64,000 bases of DNA, from the NCBI GenBank assembly GCA_013265495.1, contig MU058796.1:310001-374000 (forward strand), written 5' to 3'. The translations under genes and the position numbers were made by a program. Origin of the DNA: Vicugna vicugna (Eukaryota). The notes beneath the pieces are model-generated. The model searched no databases and was not told the origin of the DNA. It saw only the letters and a program-made list of their open reading frames with translations. Shown piece by piece: positions 51,795 to 64,000 of the stretch. Position 1 is the first letter of the stretch; every line of letters starts with the position of its first letter.

Positions 51795-53310
51795 CAGTGG
51801 TTCTTAATGTTTTCAGGACCCTTTTCTACTCCCAAATATTACTGAGGATCCTGCAATTTTTTATGTATGTGGGTTATATTCCTCAATATTTATCACATTA
51901 AAGAATTAAATTTTTTTAATATTTATTTATTTATTCAATTAAATACTGAGTTGAGAGGATAGCCAAATTCTTATATCTACTTCTCTATCAAAATATTGTT
52001 TTGTTTGAAGTATATGCAAAAAAATCAGCCTTGCAACAGAGGGGAATATTTTAATAGCATTTTCAGATAAATATGGCATTCTTCTTTACTAAACCAAACC
52101 TCGACAAATAATAATTTATTAAAGTTTAGTTGCAAGGTGGCATCTGAAACCATATCAGAGAACTTTTAAAAATCTATTGCATTAAAATGCATTGTTTATC
52201 TCATCTTTTGACTAGACCTTTAACCCATGCATTTATTTGCATGACTTTGTAACATGATGCACTGGTCATTTTGAAATTATTAGTTCACCGAATTGTGAAG
52301 ACTTCTCAAATGTTGTCATGTTTCATAAAACATTTTTTGAAAAATTACCACTGTTAATATTATCATCAAGCTTATTAGAAAAGTCTTTATGTACTGGAAA
52401 GTTGTCAAGTTCACAGTTGCAAATACAAACTGTTCTTTAGATTATAATTTTTGCTTAAATGTTTGGATTTTATCATTGGCAAAGAATACCATTGTTTGAA
52501 GTGACTGACTTGCTTTCATTCATCGTTTGAAAAGTACACGTGCGATACCCAAGTCTGAACAATCATAGTGTGGTTAAAATAAAAATGGATTTCAAAATTG
52601 TAGAATAGATAAACAAGATTACACTGTATAGCACAGGGAAATATACACAAAATGTTATGATAAATCACAGAGAAAAAAATGTGACAATGAGTGTGTATAT
52701 GTCCATGAATGACTGAAAAATTGTGCTGAACACTGGAATTTGACACAACACTGTAAAATGATTATGAATCAATAAAAAATGTAAAAAAAAAATGACATTC
52801 CATGAAAAGAGGGGCTAGTTCAGCTTGCAACTCAAACATGTATCTCACAAGCGCTTTTCTTGGAGACAGTCATCATACTTTGGTATATAGTGGAATTGTT
52901 TTTTACACACATTCCACTTTGTCACACAGAATACTAGAGACTTGTATTCAGAGATACATATTTTATACAATAAATAATTTTTGTTGTTTTTAATGGACAT
53001 TCTTAATTGAAACTGATGTTATTTTTTATTTGTTCCTTGTCTTGTGTTTTTGTTTTTGTGTCATTGCAAGTGTAAAGTGATTGAGAATATAATGATTACG
53101 ATACAATACAGTTTAATGTCACTGCCTTAATTCAAGGTGTCAGCAGTTTTATACATCAGTGCTTTTCCATCACCAGTGCAAATGTCAGTAGAGTGAAAAA
53201 GACAAATAATGTCTTAATATTATTTCAAAAATAGATTTGACTTTACAAATCCTCCTAAAAGAGTGTCAGGAACCCTGAGGTGTCTGCTGATTTGATTTTT
53301 AGAACTGCTG
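51795..53310 (+). mobile_element. Charlie1a-like hAT DNA transposon with 8-bp TSD
   Basis: Termini 'cagtggttct' and 'agaactgctg'; TSD ctccagag (51787-51794) / ctctagag (53311-53318), fitting the NTCTAGAN Charlie target; Charlie1-type subterminal sequence. Confidence 0.85.
52588..52787 (+). mobile_element. Lineage-specific L1 3' end (~200 bp) inserted in Charlie1a
   Basis: 'ctgtatagcacagggaaatatacaca...gacacaacactgtaaaatg...caataaaaaatgt' plus A tail; candidate TSD aaaaatg at 52581-52587 and 52788-52794. Confidence 0.85.
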
Positions 53311-53919
53311 CTCTAGAGCTTTAAAGGTTAAGGGAGCAGATAGATAAATGAACAGGAATTTTCTGTGGTTTGTAATAAGTACAGTGATAGAGGAAAACAT
53401 AGGGTCCTTTAGGATCATTTCCCCAAAGAGGATATGTCTGGGTAGGATCCTGAAGGACACCTAAGTATCAGCCAAGTAACGAACGAAGTCTTTGACTAAT
53501 TGAACCCTGTGCCTCGGAATATTATTTCTGCTTTCATTTTACTAATGCTCTTTCTAAAGTCTAAAAAGCTCTCAACCATATGGTTCCTATATGGCAGTTG
53601 GATTCTGAAAAACATGTATGCCCAGTCAAGTAAGGTCATTAATAAGCTATTACCACTCAAGATTGAGTTACAATGGGAATTTGACAGAAAGAACCTGGAT
53701 AGTTGCATGAGATTCCGTGTTGGATTGCACAGACATTTTTACGTGGTAGGCCAGATGTCATATATTTTATGCGCTTTGGAATTCTGTGTCCCAACAGAAA
53801 TAAATTCACATTGGTCCTCATCAGTGTGACCCGGCTAGATACCACTAACCATTCTAACTAGTACTAAAAGAATGTAAAATAACTGACATGGATTAAATTC
53901 CTAATACGTGACTTAGTGG

Positions 53920-54100
53920 CCTTACAGACATTATCATGTTTAATTATCAAACAATTTGATAAGTATTTATAATATCACAGTTTTTAAGACCAGAAGACTG
54001 AGGTTCAGAGAAATTAAGTGATATGCCAAAGGCCACAAAATGCATAAAGTACAGAACTGGCTTCTAAGCCAGCTGTATTTAACTGGGAAGTCTCTGCTCT
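53920..54100 (-). mobile_element. MIR SINE
   Basis: 'gaagactgaggttcagagaaattaagtgatatgccaaaggccacaaaa'. Confidence 0.75.
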
Positions 54101-54699
54101 TTGTCAAATTGGGGTCCATGTAACCTGGGAGCAAGCAGAGGTGGATCAGAAGGAAGATAAGCCCTGCAGCGCACACTGCACGTCTCCCTAGAGCATAGCT
54201 CACCAGGGCGCAAATTTACCTGGATGGACGGGTTTTAAAACATTTTAAAATTCAAAACAAAAACAGACCTAGAATGAAGTGAAGTGGAAACTACTTGAAT
54301 TTTTAAGAATCAGATAGAGACATCGAAGAAATTTCCTGTTAGAAGGCGAGAATCTGAGATTTTTCCCAGTCTGTCCAAGAGCCAGAGTTCCTACTCCTCT
54401 GCCTTGAGGGGGCTTTTGAGAGGCACTGTGAGACACTCACTCTTTTATCAAACAAAACAATGTGTTTTTTCCCAGTAGCTAGACCAGATGCAGTCCAGAC
54501 AGTGTTCAAAGCGGTGTCAGCCTAAATGTGCTGGTAAAGTTCTCATAATTCTTGTTGGCTGTGGGTACAGGCAAATTTCTAAACATTTTCCACAGATGTG
54601 ACATCAGTGAGTACCAAAAAAGATGAGGTTAGAAGGATAGAGGAAACTGACTCTAAACTTTACAAACGCCCACTCAAGGCAGATGACAGTGATGATTAT

Positions 54700-55020
54700 G
54701 AGAATAAGTGTGACGAAAACAGTATTTTTTGTATATCTACCATGTGCTAAGTGCTATGCACGAATTCATCATCTTAAGTAAACTGCACAACAAGCTTACA
54801 AGGTAATCTTATTATCCCCATTTGTGTGTGTACCCAGACACAGTACTACTGCATTCATGTTATCCCAGCAAGTCCATGAGCTATTATTATCCATATGCTG
54901 CCAACAACAAAATTGGTCTCAAAGTGAGTAAGTAATTGCCCAAGTTTGTACAGTAAGTAAATGATGGAAATATGCACAGACCTCTCTGGGCTTGTCTCAA
55001 AAGTCTCAGATCTTTCCATG
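54700..55020 (-). mobile_element. MIR SINE (with internal insertion)
   Basis: 'ctaccatgtgctaagtgctatgc...ttattatccccattt' and 'taagtaattgcccaagtttgtacagtaagtaaatgatgga'. Confidence 0.65.
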
Positions 55021-57024
55021 CAAGGCTGCCTTAATATGAGGTAGAAATAGCTGTATAATTTTTGTCTACATTTGGATACCTTTGAGAGTAAAAGGGATAC
55101 TATTAATAATTGTGCCAAAGCAAGAGACACAAACTGAGATTGCCTCAGACAACACGGAATAAATGGTCACTTTATTATTAGACAAACATAAGGGCTGTAT
55201 GGCATCAAACTTCCTGAAAAACATGCATTTAAACTTTTTTTGTTTAAAAATATTTACTAAGCGTTTTACCTTCAGCAAATTTTTTTTTTTATAATTTAGG
55301 AGGAAAACACCTTTTTGTATATTTGATATCTGAGAAACAATTTTTAGTTAGCAATGTATAATAAGATAGTAGAATAAAAAATATGCATTGTTTTTCTACA
55401 TTTTTATATACAGTGCAACAGAAGCCAAGCATAAAACTCTAAAGGGGATACAGAAGATTTAGAAAACTTGAATTCAGTATTAGAAGTTAATGAATGTGGC
55501 ACTTGCTTTGTTCTGAATGTTATAACTTACTGATTGAAGGGAGAAAATTCCGAGAAGTATATTGCATACTTGAGTATTTTCCTATTTCAGAAATAATCCT
55601 GTAACAGTAACTTGAGATGATTTTATATAATTGCAGCAGGTAGCTTCTCCACCTTGATCTAAGTACAGGTTTGGGCATGTTTTGTTTTGTTTTTTTCTTT
55701 TATAGTTGCTTCCACTCCCATGTATCATAGGTGCAAGTCTTAATTTCTTTCCAGTAAAAGAATAGCTTATAATTTCTTCTGTTTCTTTTTCTTTGATGCA
55801 AGAATTCTGTCCTCCCAGTTTTTAACCTGCTTTGTTCAGTCATTTTTTTCTGCTTTCATTTTTCTCCTCTCCAGTAGATTTACATAAAGTTAAGTGACTT
55901 AAGCTGTTTGTAATATTATTTTTGGATTTTACTGCTTCTTGCTTTGGCTACTCCTGATCATATCCAGATTTATTTTCCAGAGAAAGCTATTTTAGTAAAA
56001 TCTCTCTTTTTTTTTGGTAAAATAAGTACTATAAACTTTCTACCAAACAGGCCACTGAAAAGTGCAGATTTGTTCACAAACAGATGGATTTTTCTTTTTT
56101 CTTATTTTAAATATAAAAACACATAGTACATACATTCTTGAGTGATATAATATGTACCAACTTTGAACAAACATTTTATCCAGACATCAGGTCTAAACAA
56201 GAGAAAGAGCAACAACTCAAATTGTGTATTTTACCACTATGAGATTTTGCTCTGTGTGTGTGTATCTTGTAAATTTTTGTGCTTAAAGTAGCCTTTCAGT
56301 CTTTTTAAATCATCCTTATGAATCTTTTCAGTTGGCTGGACATAAGAAAAGAAGGCTTTTCTCTTGAATGAGTATGAGAGTTATTATGTTAAACGTTGAG
56401 TAAGAGCGTGCTGAGCACTTAATGCAACATGGCATGCATGCTACTCCCCCCAAGCTGACCTTCAAAAGGATGAGACAGAGACAAATGCAGATCTGCATAC
56501 ATGTCAGATTGCCAAGTGCTGGGCTACATATCTCTTATCCCCCCTGCTTTCTCTTTCATTGTCTCTTCATGAGACCGAGGGCACAGAACATAATGAGGAA
56601 CAGAAGTCAAAGGAAGCAGAATTCTTAGGTCCACTGTGCACATTAGTATCACAGTTAATAGCTGAGTTTTTGAGGCCAACCAGATCAAGAAAGGCAAGGT
56701 ATCCTGTTCCCACAGGCACCCCTAGGCTTGGCAATTCTAAAGTTAAGAATGGTGTGTTTCTTCTCTTCGCTTGTGGCAACCACTGCCAGGACATCCAAAG
56801 CCACACAGCATCCTAGTTGCTCAGGGTACTGAAATGTATAATTTCACTTCATATGAAAAGGGATGAGAGCAGAGAAAAGGAAGATGTAGATAAGAAAGGA
56901 AGAAAGAGAGGGATGTATACTAATGACCTTTACTCCTCATCTCCAACACAGTTTGTCACATTTTAAAAGTTTATTTCTAGCCTTAAAGAAGGTAGTTTTG
57001 AACAGTTCACATTTCTGAATACGG

Positions 57025-57270
57025 CAGGCAGTGTGGTAAAGGGAAGACCAAAGTCCCTAAAAACAAATATCTGTGTTGGTCAGCTCTGCTACAGACTTTG
57101 CATAACCTTCAGCAATCTCCTAAATTTATGTATTTCCTTAGATTATTTGAGTTCCATTTTGTTGCAATAATACCTACTCGGCAGTATTCCTGAGTGCTAA
57201 ACGATTCTCATACCCACAGCATCCAGCACAGGGTCTGACAGGGGTGTGTGCACATTCATTGGCTACTGTT
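57025..57270 (+). mobile_element. MIR SINE (degraded)
   Basis: 'aggcagtgtggtaaagggaagacc...cagctctgctac...aataatacctact...agcatccagcacagggtctgaca'. Confidence 0.55.
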
Positions 57271-57589
57271 GTTGCCACAGAAAATAAAATTTTATTCCTA
57301 GAAACTACATTTTGTTACTATTGGGATCATGTAGGACTCTGAGGAATCACAAATTGTGGAATAACACACTGAGGAATTCTATCTTCTCTTCCTTAGATGG
57401 TCAGCATTTTTTAAGAAAAATCTTTTAGAAGGAAATTAGAGTAGTATAAACTACTGTGATTTGTATGGGTCACACAAACAGGTGCACACCATCACCAGCA
57501 CCAACAAAACCAGAATCTAAGACCTAGATTAAACCAGGTTAAAAACCATCAAAAACAGCACACACAAAAAAAGCCTCAAAAATCAATGT

Positions 57590-57900
57590 AGGGGAGTCGG
57601 GGGTGGGCAAAACGAGTGAAAGGGGTCAAAAGATACAAACTTCCAGTTATAAAATAAATGTCTAGTGAGGTCATGTACAGCACGGTGACTGCAGTTAATA
57701 ATACTGTACTTGAAAGTTGCTAAGAGAGTAAATCTTAACACTTCTCATGGTAAGAAATAAAATTTTGTTACTATGTACAGTGACAGATGTTAACTAGATA
57801 CATTGTACTTATTATTTTGTATTATATACAAATATTGAATCATTATATTGAGCACCTGAAACTTATATAATATTACATGTCAATTATACCTCAATAAAAA
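57590..57900 (+). mobile_element. L1 3' end (L1MA9-like)
   Basis: 'ggtcaaaagatacaaacttccagttataaaataaat...gttgctaagagagtaaatcttaa...gtcaattatacctcaataaaa'. Confidence 0.85.
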
Positions 57901-58004
57901 TGTCAATGTATATCCCAAAAAGTATGTATAAAGGTAAATTACGTCTTTGTTGTTGATCATGGCAGTGGTTGTGATGAGGAAGGGAAATATTTGAAGTTGT
58001 TAAA

Positions 58005-58215
58005 AATGCTGGACATAGATTCAGATCCAACTCTACTACATAGCATTTGATCATCAAAAAACAAAAGCAGAGTGCTAAATGGTTTTGATCCTCAGTATTC
58101 TCATCTGTGAAATGGGGATAATCATAGCCCAATTTCATAGGACTGTTGTGAAACTTATATGGGATAGTGCAGGGAAAGCAATCAGTACAAATCTGAGTAA
58201 CACTCAACACTGTTA
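58005..58215 (+). mobile_element. MIR SINE
   Basis: 'cctcagtattctcatctgtgaaatggggataatcatag...tcataggactgttgtgaa'. Confidence 0.75.
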
Positions 58216-61200
58216 CTAGTATGTGTGAGCCTATCGCCTTTATTTAGGATTCATTGGTCCATTGTCTCCACTTTTCATCTGGCTGTTTCTCTAAGTCATC
58301 AGAACTTCCCAAAACAAAGTCCTGGTGTGTTTGCTTGTAGAGCACTTGAGTGCATTTGAGAGCTTCATGAGAATGAAGCATTCTAGAGTGTAAGTCGTGA
58401 ACCAGTCATATATAATTCTCTGCACAGGTCCACAGGAGCCCAAGGCCAGGCTTTTGTCCTTTGGAGAGAGGCACTGCGTGGCTCCCAAAAGTCCAACTGC
58501 AAGTCAAAGATCATGAATCATGTTTTGACATTTCACTATCAAAATTCATCTATCAGTGAGACTCAGTTCGTAAAACTAATCTTGTTTGATTTGGCAATGA
58601 GGTGAAATGTCAATAGGTTTCTTATTTTGACTGAAATTATTAAATATACCAAAGGGAATATAGCATATGTGTTAGTTATCCCAGAATAAAGATGAGCACA
58701 CTTTCCTGAAAAGTTCAACTATACTAATGGGATAATGGATCACCAGAATACTTAAAATGTGAAATGCATACTTTGTTCACATGCTTGCTTCACTTGAAGA
58801 ATTGTGTCATTGTTGCCAAAGTTTGGGGCTTCCTTTACCCCATGCCTGGATTCTCCATCGACACCAATGGGAATTTCACCTTCCAGGGCAAGACAGTGTA
58901 TGGAAGTAAAATGACAATAGCAGAAGGGAAAGAGTACATTTTATACGTTGTGCTACAGAATATTTTTCTTGACTATTTCTGTTATAGTCATTGACTATTA
59001 CTCAGAAAGATCCATTTGAAAATCCAAAAACACATTGTCTCTAGAGGCTAGTCTTTTGAAAACACGCTTTTACCCGTACATGTCATCACAAATTATATAA
59101 AAGAACAATTATAGTTCAATCTATATATTTAAAATTTTATGATTAGTTAATTATAAAAGCATATCCCTCTGACACTGCCATTAGTCTAGAAAGTATATGT
59201 GCTGCTTTTTCCAATCTGAAAGAATGGCATTTTGGAGAAAAAACTGTCCACATTTTCTTAAGGAAACATAAGGCAGAATTTACCACTCACTGAAATTTAA
59301 AGTGGGATGAATCCTTTGTAGTTCATGTTCATACATTAGCAATAAGCTGTGGAGCTGTGAGTTGTTAGAATGTAGCATAAAAGAAGAAAACCTATGTGAA
59401 AGGAGAAGAAATACAAAGTCCATTTTTATGAATGACCAAATGTCAAAAAATGTATTAGAGGTTTAGAGGCTAGCCTGTTCATTATTTTGCTGACTTAGAA
59501 GCCTTGAAGTGTTTTGTACCCATTTCATTATCTGCAAAAGTATGAACTATAATGGAATTTACATAAAAATCATGCTAGAGAGAGGGGACTTTACTGCATA
59601 GTCAGCTTTGCCTCCTAATCCAACCTTCCCCAATGCACTAGGTATGGCAGTTGCCAAACTCAAACAGCAGGATCTCTTTTATAAAGAAAAGTATGAATTT
59701 GAGCTGTAAAATGAGCACAAGTATTTTTCTATTACTCTGGATGCTTCCTCTTGCTGAGTTTACATGAGAAGTCTAGCAGGAGGTGTTATTAAATAGCCTC
59801 AGAAATTAGCTTCAAAACAATTATCTTGGTTAAGCTATGTTAAAAGACACGAGAGGCTTAATGAAACAAGCATTTAAATTTTTGTGATTGAATATCTGCT
59901 GGACACCTCTGTAGTTATTAACCCTTGTGGGCAGGATTTCAGATTTTTTATTGTTTTTAATTGAATTGTTTTTAGAAAACTGCAGATTAAAAACAGTTTT
60001 CTCCCCTGTGATAGTCAGAGATCCCAGGGCAAGCTGTGTAATAATTGGTTCTTTAAAAGTTTGTTTTAAACCTCGCTGCTTGGCAAGGAATATACCCTTG
60101 TTCAACATAAATTTGGGTTTTCATATTACAATTGATTTATAGAAATGCCAAGCAGGAAAGAACATCTCCAGCCATACAGTCTGCCGTTCTGTAGTTCCTT
60201 TACAATCATCTGCCAACACCTGTGACTTTCTCTGCGTTTAGTAGTGAATTTGCCATGCGTTAAAGCTTCCTATGGATTCCTTAAGAGAATTTTCCAAAAA
60301 TTACTGTTTTTGTTGTTGATTTTCATTTTCCCCTCTGCAGAGCCAGAATTTTGGTTTTCTCAATTTTGCTTCTCTTCCTGGGATCTTCTATCATTCTGAG
60401 TAATTTCTCTGTGTTTATAGTATTTGCTATTTTAAAATATTTGTTGGCTCTTATCATGCCAAATCTTAAAAGTTACTTAGTCAGTTGCTTTAATCTTTCT
60501 TCCCAAGCCCCCTCCCAACCTCATCTCCCCAGTCACTTCATCATTTTTTTTTCTCTTAACTCTCTCCAATCTTCCACATATTTCTGGAATCGAGTTTATC
60601 CAAACTGAGTGCATTTTTCCAGGTGCATCATACATCATTCCCTAAGTCTGGGATGTGATGGTTCTTTGTATACAGCCCAAATGCTGGTGAAGTTTGTCTT
60701 TTTTTTTTCCCTGATCAGTGTCAGCATGTTGACTCAGAGTGTTTTTTGAACATCTCCCACTGATTCCTGAGGGAGCCCTTCTAAAATCAGCTATCTTCTA
60801 TCTGGTTAGTCTATTTAAGGAATGTGATATTAGAAAAAACATGATTTTGTGGACCACATTAGAAAACATGTCCAGTTACCCCCACCCTACCCCCTGCCAT
60901 TTTTAGAAACATATCTATTTTCTTGACATTTTCATTTTTGTTAAGTATATTTTATTATGAAAATGGAATGGAAGCATATGCAAACAAATTACTGCTAAGG
61001 CTATTGGAGTGAGAGTGGAGAACTCAACACAACTTAGGGCAGAATGGCTCTCTAGCTGTATTACAGATGTTTAAAAACAAAACAAAACAAAACCAAAACC
61101 TCAAAAGGCCTGCACTAAAATTAAAACACTCTACTGTAACAAGCTATGTCTTTACATATTCTTCATCTATTCATTCCAATTACCTTAACTACTTTTTCTG

Positions 61201-61809
61201 GCCTTCATGTTAAGTACAAAATTGGAGGTGAGAAGCAAGAGAAAATAAATATAAAATTAAATATGATACATCAAAATTATTGTAATGTTAAGGTATACAG
61301 ATTTCTTTCTTATAAGGAATTCTACTCAACAACATACACTTATCAGATGGAAGTAGGCGACACCGAATCCACCCATGAGCCACTTCAAGCAGCATAAGAA
61401 AAGGTCACAAGACACCTGCGCATCAGTAGAGCAAATCTGGAGGATGCACAAGCAAATGAATCTGGGAAAGAATGTGTTGTCCTCCCTAAGTTTTATGTAT
61501 TAATGTAAATATATATCATATTCATAGATTTGAAGAGGCTCTCAATTACAGAAACTCACTCCCACTGACTTGACAACAGCTTTTTAGAAAATAAACTACA
61601 TTAAATTTACACACACAATTTCTTTTTGCTAAATGACAATAGCATTTATCTATATGATTACATATCACTGTCACCTCCAAATTACAATCAAAGTTTGACT
61701 CAAAATCTTTTTTTTTTCTAATACGCTTGGAGTCACTTTTAAATGTTTATGGTGGCATCAAAAACACAGTCACACTGGTTTTCCTTTAATTCACTTTTGA
61801 TGATCCATT

Positions 61810-62540
61810 TCAGTCAGTACGGCTTCGGTTATGTATTTAAACAACAGAACAGACCCAAATTGTCTTGAGCAAAAAGGAGAGTTATTGGCTTTTGTAACTT
61901 AAAAATCTGCAGCTAGTCTTCAGGCACAGCTGGCTTATGAACTCAGAAACATTCCCGTGATCCGAGAGTAGGTACTTTCTCTTCCTTGCAGTCTCCATAC
62001 TCAGCAGGATTGCCCCTTGTGGAAGTTGCCATGGCTCCAATCCCATGTCCTCTCCTTCATTCCGATAGAGTCATGGGAGCTTCTCTCCCTCAGTCTTTAC
62101 AAAGTCTTGGACCTGGTTCTCACTAACCTTGTTGGGTTATGGGTCCTTCCCTGGACTCATCACCATGGCCAGTCACATGGGGTTTGCTGAGCTACCTAAC
62201 CCCACAGCTTTATTCAAGAGAACATCCTGAGAGTATGGGATGTTCTGTAACCTGCACTGTCCAGGATGGCAGCCACTAGTCGTGTCTGGCTTGACTTAAA
62301 ATGTGCCTGATGCAACAAGGGAACTAAATTTTAAATTTTAAGTAACTTTTAATTAAATTAAATAGTCATTATTATATTGAGTAACACAGCTTTAGAGTTA
62401 GTGTAGGAGTCAAACCTATTTAGATGACATCGGCTGAAGAGCAGTTCCCCAAAGGAAAGGGTTTTGAGGGGAGTAGCACCTATTTTACTGGAAGTGGGAA
62501 ATACAGATGCCAAGGGATGAAAGCAATAGACGTTCACTAT
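61810..62540. mobile_element. MaLR solo LTR (MLT1K/L-like), interrupted by MER3
   Basis: 'aacagaacagacccaaattgtcttgagcaaaaaggagagttattggcttttgtaact...cttcaggcacagctgg' and 'gcagttccccaaaggaaa...gacgttcacta'. Confidence 0.6.
62205..62389 (+). mobile_element. MER3 hAT-Charlie MITE
   Basis: 'gatgttctgtaacctgcactgtccaggatggcagccactag...gaactaaattttaaatttta...aaatagtca'; followed by ctttagag (Charlie target-like). Confidence 0.75.
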
Positions 62541-62592
62541 GGCTACCCTAAAGCTTGAACTTTTTATTAATATCGTTTGGACTGATAGTTTA

Positions 62593-62735
62593 TGTGTTTT
62601 TTGTTTGTTTGTTTGTTTGATGGAGGGAGGTCATTCGGTTTATTTATTCTAAGCGTAAGTACTGGAGACTGAACCCAGGACCTCATGCATGCTAAACTAA
62701 GCATGTATTCTACCAGTTGAGCTATACCTTCCCCC
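62593..62735 (-). mobile_element. tRNA-derived SINE, camelid Vic-1-like, with perfect 15-bp TSD
   Basis: Minus strand GGGGGAAGGTATAGCTCAACTGGTAGAATACATGC...GAGGTCCTGGGTTCAGTCTCCAGTAC (A and B boxes), (CAAA)n tail; TSD tggactgatagttta at 62578-62592 and 62736-62750. Confidence 0.9.
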
Positions 62736-63554
62736 TGGACTGATAGTTTAAATTCAAATTATATGGTTCACATCATATTACCTGCAGTTTTTCTATTTTG
62801 TGTTGTTTTGCTTATTTTCTTAATTAAATGCATACAGTAGAAACTTTAGACACGTAATTGTTCAGGCTTAAATGAGAATCCATCTCTAGCTATTGTTAGG
62901 GATCCACCTTTAATTGAATTATCTTTTATGTACAATGCACTTATCTTTTTAAAGCAGCACATATGGATCCAAATTTAAGTTAAAGTTCATGTGGCATTTT
63001 CATTACATATAACTAAAGTGACAAAAGTATTAACCAGCTTAGAGGCATTGTTAATGTCAAGCAGGCACAGTGACAATTGCAATACAGTGTACTCTTTTGC
63101 TTGAAGTTTGGAAATTTTCTTTTGAAAACTGGCACATTTACTGATTCATCTAAGTTTTCAGACAGACAACTTCCTGCCCTCACTGAGCTTATAATTCTCA
63201 ATTTTAAATACATGAAAATGTAAAATATTATGCATCTTAAACTTGTAGCAAAAGATATCAAATTAACACAAATTTATTAAAGAAAATATAATAAAAGAAA
63301 AATAAAAATTGTTTACAATCCCATCACACAAAGACACTACCATTAATGTTTTAGTATATATTTCTTTTAACTTTAAAAAATATGTGTATGGGTACTGAAT
63401 GCATTTTTCATAAGAAAATGCTACTACTGTAGTTACTCCTTTGTAACTTAATATTTAACCTAACAATCCCATTGTGTGACTAAAATATACATATATCTAA
63501 AAAGTACAACTCTTAGGTTAAAAGGATATGTGTATTTTTAAACATTTTGAAAAA

Positions 63555-63668
63555 TGTAAGTTTTATGCAGGCAGAGATCTTTGTTTTGTTCATTGCAAAT
63601 TTCAATACCTAGAACAGTGTCTGACATCTAGAATACACTCAATAAATACAAGCTGAATGAATGAGTGT
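63555..63668 (+). mobile_element. L2 3' terminus within L1ME-like sequence
   Basis: 'gtaagttttatgcaggcagagatctttgttttgttcattgc...cctagaacagtgtctgaca...ctcaataaata...tgaatgaatga'. Confidence 0.8.
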
Positions 63669-64000
63669 TGGTAAAGTTCCCATTATAATTCAAAACACCA
63701 AGTATGAGATGGACCATTTCTTTACACCCTCATCAACTCTGGGATTTTTTTTTTCAGTTTTGTAGACAGAAGATGGCATCTCATTATGGTTTTTGTTCTA
63801 ACTTCTTTATTTCTATCAGAAATACAAATTGCAGCAAATCATGCTTACTTAGGCAAAAACATGTTCTATAGAGTAAGAAACTTGCAGCCTAATTTTGGCT
63901 GAATGTCTCAGAAATTTTAAAGTTTTGACTGAGCAAAATCTCGTAGGAAGATTATGTGTTTAGAAATCATATTCCAGTCTTCTAAGAAACCATATGACTT

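Noticed and set aside
58843..58950. Protein-like peptide MPGFSIDTNGNFTFQGKTVYGSKMTIAEGKEY
   Set aside because: No family recognised and no convincing splice sites; BLASTP or PhyloCSF would settle it
62660..62735. tRNA-like sequence
   Set aside because: SINE head with tail and TSD, not a tRNA gene
1..64000. CRISPR arrays, operons or prokaryotic defence systems; naming the host locus
   Set aside because: DNA is mammalian with no regularly spaced repeat-spacer array, and no exon is present from which to identify the locus

Overview
AT-rich mammalian non-coding DNA, either a large intron or a gene desert. It is probably camelid, because it carries a tRNA-derived SINE resembling camelid Vic-1 (62593-62735, perfect 15-bp TSD) and a cetartiodactyl-type L1 3' end. 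I found no protein-coding exon, rRNA, real tRNA or CRISPR array I can support; the listed ORFs are short, match no protein family I recognise, and many overlap repeats. A large part of the window is old transposable elements: MIR, L2, a decayed CR1/L3 whose RT-region protein is still readable, hAT MITEs including a Charlie1a-like element with an 8-bp TSD, ERVL/ERV1/MaLR solo LTRs and L1 3' ends, several of them nested. Between these lie repeat-poor blocks rich in homeodomain/POU/Sox/Fox-type motifs, palindromes and retained CpGs (about 20.7-21.1, 24.3-24.5, 30.3-32.1, 43.2-43.7 and 49.0-49.6 kb), consistent with a developmental enhancer landscape. I cannot support a genuinely new biological system. 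The best leads are these candidate enhancers, two hairpins, two CpG micro-clusters and a possible minus-strand lncRNA exon. Repeat family names come from remembered consensus sequences, not a database search, and boundaries are approximate unless a TSD is given.
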